Below are positions 17,889 through 26,082 of a DNA stretch of 64,000 bases, one piece after another. The translations under genes were made by a program, and so were the position numbers. The notes beneath the pieces are model-generated. The model was not told where the DNA came from. It was given only the letters and a program-made list of their open reading frames with translations, and did no database searches. The first letter of the stretch is position 1; the number at the start of each line of letters is the position of its first letter. This stretch comes from Acidimicrobiales bacterium (GTDB taxonomy: Bacteria; Actinomycetota; Acidimicrobiia; Acidimicrobiales; Aldehydirespiratoraceae), in NCBI GenBank assembly GCA_041394245.1, contig JAWKIR010000004.1, positions 2,797 to 66,796 on the forward strand. Direction: 5' to 3'.

Positions 17889-20042
17889 ATGCCCATCGCC
17901 ATCTCCGACGATCACCTCACCCTCGGCGAGACCGCCGCCGACCTGCTCATCGCCCGCGACTCCCGCGGCGCCAACCGGGCGCTTCTCGACGCCGCGGAGG
18001 AGACGCTGCCCGATCTGTGGAGCGAGATCGTCGGGCTGGGATGGCTCGGCCTCCACGTGCCAGAGGATCTGGGCGGCTCGGGCTACGGCCTCGAGGAGCT
18101 CGTGGTCGTCGTCGAGGAGATGGGTCGGGCGCTGACGCCCGGTCCGTTCGTGCCCAGCGTCATCGCCAGCGCCGTGCTGCTCGCGTCCGGCGACGAGAAC
18201 GCCCGCCGGTTCGTCTCCGGCCTGGCCGACGGATCGGTCACCGCCGGCATCGGTCTGCGGACGGGCGTGCGGGTCGACGGCGGCACCGTCTCGGGAACCT
18301 GCGACGCCGTCCTGGGTGGTGCCCTCGCCGACGTGTTCGTGCTGGCGGCGGGAGACGACCTGGTGGTCGTGGAGAACGGCGCCGGCGTGACCGTCACCGT
18401 GCCTCCGGCCCTCGACCCCAGCCGGCGCTCGGCCCGGGTGACGCTCGACGGCGCCGACGCGACCGTCGTTCCCGGCTCCGCCGCTCACCTGGTCGACATC
18501 GCGCGGCTCGTGCTGTCGGCCGAAGCGGTCGGGGTGGCCCGGGAATGCACCCTGCTCGCCGCCGACTACGCCCGTGAACGAGAACAGTTCGGCCGCCCGA
18601 TTGCGATGTTCCAGGCCGTCAAGCACCACTGCGCCAACATGTCGGTGGCAACAGAGATGGCGACCGCAGCGGTGTGGGACGCGGCGCGGGCCGCGTCGAC
18701 CGGTGGCGACCAGTTCGCCTTCGCCGCGGCGGTGGCGGCCACGCTGGCCGCACCGGCCGCCGATCTCTGCGCCAACCTCAACACCCAGGTCCACGGCGGC
18801 ATCGCCATCACCTGGGAGCACGACGCGCACCTCTACATGCGCCGGGCCACCACGCTGCTCCACTACCTCGATGCGGCCGGTGCCGCGGAGGACGTGACCG
18901 ACCTCACCCGTCGGGGCGTCGCCCGCGCCAAGGCGATCGAGCTCCCACCCGAAGCCGAGCAGATGCGGGCCGACGTCCGCTCCTTCATCGGCGAGCTCGA
19001 GGGTTTGGGCGACGACGAGCGACGCGACCGGCTCGTCGAGTCCGGCTATCTCCTGCCCCACTGGCCCGAGCCCTACGGTCGTGCCGCCGGGGCCGTCGAG
19101 CAGCTGGTGATCGAAGAGGAGTTCACGGCGGCCGGGGTCGAGCGCCCGTCGCTCGGCATCACCGCGTGGAATATCCTCACCATCATCCAGCACGGCACCG
19201 AGGACCAGCTCGAACGCTGGGTGCTCCCCGCCCTGCGCCAGGAGGTGGTCTGGTGCCAGCTCTTCTCCGAGCCCGACGCCGGGTCCGACGCCGCCGGTGT
19301 GAAGACCAAAGCCACCCGGGTCGACGGCGGCTGGCTGGTCAACGGCCAGAAGGTGTGGACCTCCGGTGCCCACGTGGCCGGGATGGGGTTCGCGACGATC
19401 CGCACGAACCCCGACCTGCCCAAGCACGAGGGCATCACGATGATGGCCATCGATATGCACGCCGAGGGCGTGGAGGTGCGGCCGCTGAAGATGACCACGG
19501 GCAACTCCGAGTTCAACGAGGTCTTCTTCAACGACGTGTTCGTGCCCGACGACGACGTGGTCGGGCCCGTCGACGGCGGGTGGACGGTCGCCCGCGCGAC
19601 CCTCGGCAACGAGAGCGTGAGCATCGGCAGTGGGACCGGCGGGGGCGCGTCGCTGTCGGCCCAGCTGATGGTGGGGTCCTTCGACGCCCACCCCGAACGG
19701 CTCGCCGGCGGTGCGGCCCGAATCGGTCGCCACCTGGCCGACAACCAGGCGATCGGCCTGCTCAACCTGCGCTCGGCCCATCGGGCCGTGGCCGGCGGCG
19801 AGCCGGGCCCCGAGGGCGCGATGACCAAGCTGGTCCTGTCGGAGATCGGTCACGAGGCGGCCGCCATCGGCACCGAGCTCGCCGGACCCGATGCTGTCTA
19901 CCTCGATGGCGCCGGCTTCGCGAGCAACATGATGGTGCTGATCCACCGGGGCATGTCGATCGCCGGCGGGACGTCGGAGATCAAGCGCAACCAGATCGGC
20001 GAACGCATCCTCGGTCTGCCGAGGGATCCGCTGATCCGCTGA
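17889..20042 (+). CDS. fused two-module acyl-CoA dehydrogenase (717 aa)
   Basis: Two ACAD-like halves. The N half ends with ...QVHGGIAITWEHDAHLY. The C half has LFSEPDAGSDAAG...WTSGAH...GGTSEIKRNQI. Confidence 0.85.
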   Translation: MPIAISDDHLTLGETAADLLIARDSRGANRALLDAAEETLPDLWSEIVGLGWLGLHVPEDLGGSGYGLEELVVVVEEMGRALTPGPFVPSVIASAVLLASGDENARRFVSGLADGSVTAGIGLRTGVRVDGGTVSGTCDAVLGGALADVFVLAAGDDLVVVENGAGVTVTVPPALDPSRRSARVTLDGADATVVPGSAAHLVDIARLVLSAEAVGVARECTLLAADYAREREQFGRPIAMFQAVKHHCANMSVATEMATAAVWDAARAASTGGDQFAFAAAVAATLAAPAADLCANLNTQVHGGIAITWEHDAHLYMRRATTLLHYLDAAGAAEDVTDLTRRGVARAKAIELPPEAEQMRADVRSFIGELEGLGDDERRDRLVESGYLLPHWPEPYGRAAGAVEQLVIEEEFTAAGVERPSLGITAWNILTIIQHGTEDQLERWVLPALRQEVVWCQLFSEPDAGSDAAGVKTKATRVDGGWLVNGQKVWTSGAHVAGMGFATIRTNPDLPKHEGITMMAIDMHAEGVEVRPLKMTTGNSEFNEVFFNDVFVPDDDVVGPVDGGWTVARATLGNESVSIGSGTGGGASLSAQLMVGSFDAHPERLAGGAARIGRHLADNQAIGLLNLRSAHRAVAGGEPGPEGAMTKLVLSEIGHEAAAIGTELAGPDAVYLDGAGFASNMMVLIHRGMSIAGGTSEIKRNQIGERILGLPRDPLIR

Positions 20043-20045
20043 TGG

Positions 20046-21230
20046 TCAGGCGCCGGTGAGTCGGGTGCGTTCCGGTTCGATAGCGAAGCGGTCGCAGTAG
20101 GAGCGAATCGGCGCACTGGCGAGCACCTGGTCGTGCTCGTAGCCCATCGTTGCCAACTCGGCAGGCGGCGACGACCGCCGTCCGGCCCGTTGCGCATCCA
20201 GGAAGGCGTCGATGCCGGCTGCGTCGTCATCGTCGAACGCGATGTCTGCGGCGCCGAAGACGTCCGATACGACCGCGCTCGGGTCCGAGACCAGCGCCGG
20301 ATACGCCACATGGGTCGGTCCCTCCTTCGACGTGTCGGTGAAGGCGTGCAGCGCAGCGAGTTTCGGCTCCACGCCCGCTTGGATCACTCGACCTCGTACA
20401 CCGTCATCGGTCATCGGATTGTTCACGCAGAACGGGTCGACGATGGATTCGCCCATCGCCGCCATCGACACGATGCATCGGAACGGGTCACGGTCGGTGA
20501 TGACGAAGCGTGCTTCGGGGAACACCGTTGCGAAGGAGTCGATGTGTCGCCCGATCTGGGGTGCCTTCAGCACCAGAAATCCGCCGGGCTCCACCGGGTG
20601 CTTCCACAACAGGAGCTGGACCACGCGTCGGTAGTTCTCGTAGGAACGGCGCTGATCTTCGAGCGCCAGGAAGTCGGCCCATGCCGGCATGCACAGGCCA
20701 GCAGCGCCCCCCAGCATCGAGACACCATCGATGAATCCCCACACGCACTCTTCGGGTTCGTCGGCGTTGACCCAGTGCATGCGTTCGAGCAGTGATCCCC
20801 GGAGCTTGTCGACGGACTGCTGCACCATCTCGATCCGTGGGTCGGTGTCGAAGGTCGCGGTCTGCGGCGGTGGCAGCGGTTCCATCAACTCCCACCGCAG
20901 CAAGGAGCGTCCGTGTCGATGGGTGGCGAGCAGATTGTGGAGGAGTGTCGTGCCGCTCCGTTCGAGTCCGGTGATGTAGAGAATCGGTGGGAGAGCGACC
21001 TCGGCGATCTCGGGATGGGCGTCCAGCGTCGCGATCACCCGAAGCCGCCGGGCCACGTCTCGCACTGCGAGACTGCGGAGGAACCGTCGTCCGAAGTCGG
21101 TCAGATTGTCCTGTGCGAGATCGTTCACCCACGCCGCGAGGGGCGCGAGAAACCAGTCGTCACCGAAGTCGTCGAGGCCGGTCTGCCGGCTCGCCTCGTC
21201 CAGAATCCCCTGCACGGATCCGGTGTCCAT
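20046..21230 (-). CDS. sulfotransferase-family protein
   Basis: PAPS 5'-phosphosulfate-binding loop ITGLERSGTTLLHNLL. Start at MDTGSVQ (ATG 21230). Confidence 0.7.
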   Translation of the reverse strand: MDTGSVQGILDEASRQTGLDDFGDDWFLAPLAAWVNDLAQDNLTDFGRRFLRSLAVRDVARRLRVIATLDAHPEIAEVALPPILYITGLERSGTTLLHNLLATHRHGRSLLRWELMEPLPPPQTATFDTDPRIEMVQQSVDKLRGSLLERMHWVNADEPEECVWGFIDGVSMLGGAAGLCMPAWADFLALEDQRRSYENYRRVVQLLLWKHPVEPGGFLVLKAPQIGRHIDSFATVFPEARFVITDRDPFRCIVSMAAMGESIVDPFCVNNPMTDDGVRGRVIQAGVEPKLAALHAFTDTSKEGPTHVAYPALVSDPSAVVSDVFGAADIAFDDDDAAGIDAFLDAQRAGRRSSPPAELATMGYEHDQVLASAPIRSYCDRFAIEPERTRLTGA

Positions 21231-21261
21231 GCGAGCCGACGCTAGCGGACGGCCCGAAGTC

Positions 21262-22422
21262 CTACCGGCGTCGCTCCGAGCGGACCGCGGCGCCGCCGAG
21301 GCGGAGGAAGCGGAGATCGCCGAACGGCGTGCCCGCCACCGCGTTGCACACGAAGGCGACCGCCAGGCCTGAATCGGGGTCGCCCCAGCCTCCCGAACCA
21401 CCGAATCCGAAGTGCCCGAACCCGTGCGGCAACACCCCGGCCGTCGTGGCCGCCATGTGGTAGCCGAGGCGCCAGCGCATGTTGAACCCGATCACCGAGT
21501 CGCGCGCGCTCGTCTGGATCTCGGTGGCCCGCGCGGTGGTCTCGGGCGACAGCAGACGCGGCTGGTCGAACGCATCGGGAGTGGCGAGGGCGGCGTACAT
21601 GCGGGCCAGGGACCGGGCGGTGAACACACCATTGGCGGCCGGGATCTCGCCGTCGTGGATCCGGTCGGTCAGGGTGAGATCGAGGAAGCCGTCGACCAGG
21701 AGCGCTTCGACGAACGGGCGGTAGCGGTCGCGCGTCTCCAGCCGGCGGCCCAGCCGCTCCAACCGGTCGACGGATTTGCGCGACATCAGCAGGTCCGCCG
21801 CCCGCGCCCGCTCGGACTCGGGGAGACCGATACGGAGCCCGTCGAGACCGAGAGGCTCCGCGATTTCGCGTTGGACGGCCTCGTCGACCGTGAGCCCGGT
21901 GACGCGACGGATCACCTCGCCGACGAGCCACCCGTAGGTGACGGCGTGGTAGCCGGGTCGAACGCCCGGCTCCCAACGCGGTGCGGCCGCGGCGAGACGC
22001 GCGGTCATGTCGTCCCAGTCGAGGAGCGTCTCTGGTGTACTCACCAACCTCCGCACGTCGTGCATGCCGGCCTGGTGGGTGAGGAGGTGACGGATCGTGA
22101 TGCGGTCCTTGCCCGCCGCCGCGAACTCGGGCCAGTAGCGAGCCACCGGATCGTCGTAGTCAAGTTCGCCGCGATCGACGAGCCGGTGCACGACCGTCGC
22201 GACCACTCCCTTCGTCGTGGAGAAGCTCGTCGCCATGGTGTCGCGCTCCCACGGGTTGCCGGCTGCGTCCTTGACGCCGCCCCACGCGTCAACGACCAGC
22301 TCGCCGCGGTGGTACACCGCCACCGCCGCGCCACCGCGGCCGTTCCGGAACCGGCCACCGCCCAGCGCGCGACGCAGCTTCTCGGCAACCGGGGCGAAAT
22401 CGGGGTGGACGTGTCCGTGCAT
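21262..22422 (-). CDS. serine hydrolase (beta-lactamase/esterase family)
   Basis: SxxK motif STTK (FSTTKGV), followed by YWPEF...LLTHQAGM. Confidence 0.85.
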   Translation of the reverse strand: MHGHVHPDFAPVAEKLRRALGGGRFRNGRGGAAVAVYHRGELVVDAWGGVKDAAGNPWERDTMATSFSTTKGVVATVVHRLVDRGELDYDDPVARYWPEFAAAGKDRITIRHLLTHQAGMHDVRRLVSTPETLLDWDDMTARLAAAAPRWEPGVRPGYHAVTYGWLVGEVIRRVTGLTVDEAVQREIAEPLGLDGLRIGLPESERARAADLLMSRKSVDRLERLGRRLETRDRYRPFVEALLVDGFLDLTLTDRIHDGEIPAANGVFTARSLARMYAALATPDAFDQPRLLSPETTARATEIQTSARDSVIGFNMRWRLGYHMAATTAGVLPHGFGHFGFGGSGGWGDPDSGLAVAFVCNAVAGTPFGDLRFLRLGGAAVRSERRR

Positions 22423-22441
22423 GAGCGAGAGCTTGCCTCGG

Positions 22442-23458
22442 CTAGCCCTCGCTGCCGGGCTCGTCCGGGGGTGTGGCTGGGACGACGGGCTTCCAGTCGT
22501 CGGCCGCGTTCTGGACCACAGAGGTCGAGACGATCTCGATGCCGGCCCGCTCGAGGCTCGTATGGATCCGGCGCGTCACGTCGTCTTTCACCGTCCGGGC
22601 GTTTCGAATCGGGACGACGAATCGGACCGCGAGGCGCATGTAGTCGGTGTCGGCGGACGCGAAGACCTTCGGCTCCACTTCGGCCGCGGGCACCGGGAAA
22701 CGCCGACGTACGTCACTCATGGCCTGCCGCGCCCCTTCGGAGGCGGACTGGCGGCGGGCTTCGCGTTCGAGGATCTCCGAGGCGCCGTGCCAGTCGCCGT
22801 GGTGCGGGATGGCTACTTCGAGTTCCTCCCAGATGAACTCGAAGTAGCTGCTGTAGTTGTAGACGGGTTCCGTGAACGACGACTTGTTCGACACGGTCAC
22901 GACCCGGCCCGTGTATTGGTTGCCCTGCACCCAGGTGGACCCGCCGGCCGACCCGATCTCCATCAATCGCGTCTTCAGCAACGAGATGTCGATCACGTCG
23001 CCGTGCACACCGGCCATCTGGACCCGGTCACCGACCCTGAAGATCGAGCCGAAGGTGATGTTGAACCAGCCCGCGATCGCGCCGATCACTTCCTGCATGG
23101 CGAACGCGACACCGGCCGTGGCCAGTCCCAGTGCCGGCGCGAGGTTGCCGTCGAGTGGGCGCCAGATCAGGATCAGCGCGACCAGGAGCGCGAGCCAGCC
23201 GCCGGCGCGGATCAGCCGCCGGGCGTTGTAGCTCTGCTGAGGGTCGTCGAACGCCCGACCCACGCCGCGGCCGAGGCTCCACGTCACCAGGAGCGCCACC
23301 GCGGCGATCGCGACCGTCAGTGCGCCTCGCCCCCACGCCGAGTCGACTTCGAGGGCCGCAACCACTGTCGGGTGCTCGGCCGCAACCGTCATCAGTTTCG
23401 TCGTGTGCACGTGGCGTGCCCCCTTGCCGGGTTCGGGCCCCTGCCCAGCGGCTCCCAT
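22442..23458 (-). CDS. mechanosensitive ion channel (MscS family)
   Basis: TM helices followed by FRVGDRVQMAGVHGDVIDISLLKTRL, the MscS beta-domain pattern. Start uncertain (M1 or M23). Confidence 0.8.
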   Translation of the reverse strand: MGAAGQGPEPGKGARHVHTTKLMTVAAEHPTVVAALEVDSAWGRGALTVAIAAVALLVTWSLGRGVGRAFDDPQQSYNARRLIRAGGWLALLVALILIWRPLDGNLAPALGLATAGVAFAMQEVIGAIAGWFNITFGSIFRVGDRVQMAGVHGDVIDISLLKTRLMEIGSAGGSTWVQGNQYTGRVVTVSNKSSFTEPVYNYSSYFEFIWEELEVAIPHHGDWHGASEILEREARRQSASEGARQAMSDVRRRFPVPAAEVEPKVFASADTDYMRLAVRFVVPIRNARTVKDDVTRRIHTSLERAGIEIVSTSVVQNAADDWKPVVPATPPDEPGSEG

Positions 23459-23497
23459 CGACCCTAGCGATGTCGGCGTCGGTCGGTGCGGGCTCGG

Positions 23498-24820
23498 TCA
23501 GCGGCCGCCGAGGGCGAGATCGTGGAGCATCCGTTCGGCGACGTCTCGACGGGCCCGGGTCGGTCGGCTGTTGGCGATCCCCACGAACTGACGGACGGTG
23601 CCGGCGCGGAGCTCGAGGGCGGCGACGAGTGTGCCGCGCTCCTCGAGGCCGACGACCACCGACCGGCCGCTGCGCACCGGACCGGCATAGTCCGCGAGGC
23701 AGTTCGAGAGCCGCCGACCCCACCGCGCCAGCTCCGCCGGGTCGCGGGGCAGTACCAGTCGGTGCTCGCCGAGTCGATAGCCGTGGGCGATCCCGACACT
23801 CGGCGGATAGTCGAACACGCCGGCGCCGGCGGGGCCGTCGTTCGGGGCGATGCGGGGCACGGCCGGGAGGGGATCCGGCTCCGCCGCGGGTGCGGGGTCG
23901 ACCGGCTGGGCACACGGCGTCCGCTCGACCCTGGGGACGGCTGGTTCGCGCCGCTGGAGCGGCACGGCCCGTGCGGCCTGGCGTTCGAGATCGGCGACGT
24001 TGCGGGCCAGGGTCAGCTCCGCGACGACCGCGAACGGCTCGACCACCGTCAACGCCCGTCGCAGCCGGGCGCCGCCATGCTCCACACGGAGCGCATCGAC
24101 GGCGAGCTCCGTGGCAGTGGTCTCGCCGACCGTGCGCCACAGTCGGCGCAGCTGCGCGATGTCGTCGTCGCTCGGCCAGTGCTGTGGTGGCAGCCATCGG
24201 CCCCCGCCGGCGAGGACCGTGGCCAGCCGCTCCGGCGGGAGGTGGTCGGCCAGCGAGATGGCGAGTCCGAGGGGCCGCAGGTCGGGCGCGGCCCCGGCGG
24301 GTGCGCCGTCGCCGGGCATCATTCCCCGAGGGAGGGCGCGAGCGACACCGCGCGTTGCCGTAGGGCCGAAGGCGACCCGGGCCGCGGCACCGGCCGACTT
24401 CGCCCGCAGGATCGCAGCCGCCCAGCGGGGAACGTGCGGAAGGGGCCCGGCGCCGCCCCGCCGGGCCAACAGGGCAAGGGGGAACGACAACGACGCGAGC
24501 AACGCATCGAGATCGCCGCGGTCGCGGTCGGGGAGGTCGCCGAATCCCCACCGGTCGGCCTCGTCGTACGCGGCGCCGGCCACACCGGCGCACCACCGAT
24601 TCGGGTCCTCGCGCCGAGCCCGCGCCTCACGGCGCAACATGGTGGGAAGGGTTCCGGGCTGGGTGCTGACATCGATGCAGCGGTCGCCGCCGAGCATGGA
24701 GATCCACACGTGCACGACGCCGTCGTGATGGTCGATCCGCGCCACCGTCCGGTCGAGGATGGTGATGTCGAGCCGACCGCTCGAAGGGGTCGCCGAAAGA
24801 GAAGAGGTGATCACAGGCAT
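23498..24820 (-). CDS. hypothetical protein with C-terminal PcfJ-like domain
   Basis: The C-terminal ~80 aa (PAELARWGRRLSNCLADYAGPVRSGRSVVVGLEERGTLVAALELRAGTVRQFVGIANSRP) fits the PcfJ-like pattern. The N-terminal ~340 aa are unrecognised. Confidence 0.5.
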   Translation of the reverse strand: MPVITSSLSATPSSGRLDITILDRTVARIDHHDGVVHVWISMLGGDRCIDVSTQPGTLPTMLRREARARREDPNRWCAGVAGAAYDEADRWGFGDLPDRDRGDLDALLASLSFPLALLARRGGAGPLPHVPRWAAAILRAKSAGAAARVAFGPTATRGVARALPRGMMPGDGAPAGAAPDLRPLGLAISLADHLPPERLATVLAGGGRWLPPQHWPSDDDIAQLRRLWRTVGETTATELAVDALRVEHGGARLRRALTVVEPFAVVAELTLARNVADLERQAARAVPLQRREPAVPRVERTPCAQPVDPAPAAEPDPLPAVPRIAPNDGPAGAGVFDYPPSVGIAHGYRLGEHRLVLPRDPAELARWGRRLSNCLADYAGPVRSGRSVVVGLEERGTLVAALELRAGTVRQFVGIANSRPTRARRDVAERMLHDLALGGR

Positions 24821-24951
24821 GGGGAATGCCGGCCCCGCAACCGGCTCGACCCATACAAGTGTTCGCCCGGGCCGCCGTCAAGCGCGTCGTTGCGATCGGC
24901 TCGTAGGGTCGTGGTCGTACCGGCCGAACCGATCAAGGGAGACTCACGACC

Positions 24952-25161
24952 ATGCCCACCACCGTCACCTACCTGGTTCCCGGCATCAGCTGCGATCACT
25001 GCAAGCGGCGCATCGAGAACGGAGTCGCGCCGGTCGACGGCGTGGAATCCGTGGATGTCGACGTCGATGCGAAGACGGTCGCGGTGACGGGTGGTGACGC
25101 GGCCGCCATCGAGGCGGCGCTCGTCGAAGCCGGCTACGCCCCGACGAGCAGTTCGCGCTGA
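24952..25161 (+). CDS. copZ: heavy-metal-associated (HMA) domain metallochaperone
   Basis: 69 aa with a GISCDHC (CxxC) metal-binding motif in a ferredoxin-like fold context. Confidence 0.8.
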   Translation: MPTTVTYLVPGISCDHCKRRIENGVAPVDGVESVDVDVDAKTVAVTGGDAAAIEAALVEAGYAPTSSSR

Positions 25162-25179
25162 CGGGTCGACCGGCGGCGG

Positions 25180-25872
25180 TCAGGTACGCGTGGGTTTCGC
25201 GCCGGCCGCCGTCACCCGGATGACCGGCCGGCCGGCGAGGGACTGACGTGACGCCTCGACGTCGGTCAGGCCGGCCGCGCGGAGCAGCACGCCCATCTCG
25301 TCGGCGTCGACCATGGTGAAGCCGTGGTGTTCGGGACCGTGCTCGCGCCCGAAGCGTTCGTAGTCGGGGTGCGACGGATCGGTGAACAGTTCGTCGACCA
25401 GCAGCACCCGGCCCCCCGGCTGGAGCACACGGGCGATCTCGGCCACACCGCGTTCGACGTCGTTCCAGTGATGCATCGTGTTCACCGCCCAGATCGCGTC
25501 GATGGTGTGATCGCCGACGGGGAGACGCTCGGCGGTTCCGTCGACGACCTCGACGTTGCGGCGGCGGCTTCCCATACGGCGGATCGTGAGCACCCGCCGC
25601 ATGAACGGTGTCGGTTCGACGGCAACCACATGCACGCCGGTGCCGGCGGCCCGCATGGTTCCGGCGCCCATGCCCGCACCGATGTCGAGGACCCGCTCGC
25701 CCGGCTGCGGATCGATGCTGTCGACCACGGCGTCGTTGAGCGACGACCGCCACATCGTCGGCAACCAACGGAGGTAGCGCAGCGCACCCTTGATCCCCTG
25801 GTCGTTCTCGTGACCGTGATGGTGATCGTGGTGCTCGTGAGCGTGCTGCTCATGGTCGTGCTCGTTCGGCAT
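25180..25872 (-). CDS. class I SAM-dependent methyltransferase with His-rich N-terminus
   Basis: VLDIGAGMGAGT motif I and VLQPGGRVLLVD. N-terminus is MPNEHDHEQHAHEHHDHHHGHEND. It is the last 230 codons of the artefactual 966-aa ORF. Confidence 0.85.
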   Translation of the reverse strand: MPNEHDHEQHAHEHHDHHHGHENDQGIKGALRYLRWLPTMWRSSLNDAVVDSIDPQPGERVLDIGAGMGAGTMRAAGTGVHVVAVEPTPFMRRVLTIRRMGSRRRNVEVVDGTAERLPVGDHTIDAIWAVNTMHHWNDVERGVAEIARVLQPGGRVLLVDELFTDPSHPDYERFGREHGPEHHGFTMVDADEMGVLLRAAGLTDVEASRQSLAGRPVIRVTAAGAKPTRT

Positions 25873-26082
25873 GTGGTCAGTGTCGCAAGACTTCGTGGGG
25901 TTCGCTCGACTCGAGCGCCGTCGGTGGCCGTCTGGTCTACGGTTCGGAGAGGCGAGCGACTTCCGTCTCGTCGCTCGGGCTCCCCCGACGATCGGCGGGA
26001 CCCCGTCACCGGCGATGACCGTACGTTCGATCCGTTCACCCTCGTGGCCACCTGCGGCGGGTGACATCAGGGGAGTAGACCG

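Noticed and set aside
17637-19946. 769-aa minus-strand ORF
   Set aside because: Shadow ORF opposite the fused ACAD gene, with no recognisable motifs.
23028-24596. Arg-rich 522-aa (minus) and 410-aa (plus, 23131..24363) ORFs
   Set aside because: Extreme Arg/Pro/Gly content. They overlap the MscS and PcfJ-like genes in other frames and are GC-driven artefacts.
26061-26068. A single GTGACATC half-site upstream of the DUF2207-like gene, identical to the half-sites at 30.5 kb
   Set aside because: An isolated 8-mer with no inverted partner. About one or two chance occurrences are expected in 64 kb on both strands.
25873-26082. 210-nt intergenic region upstream of the DUF2207-like gene as a possible riboswitch or sRNA
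   Set aside because: It contains only a short 7-bp hairpin (GAGCGAC...GTCGCTC) and no recognisable conserved RNA motif.
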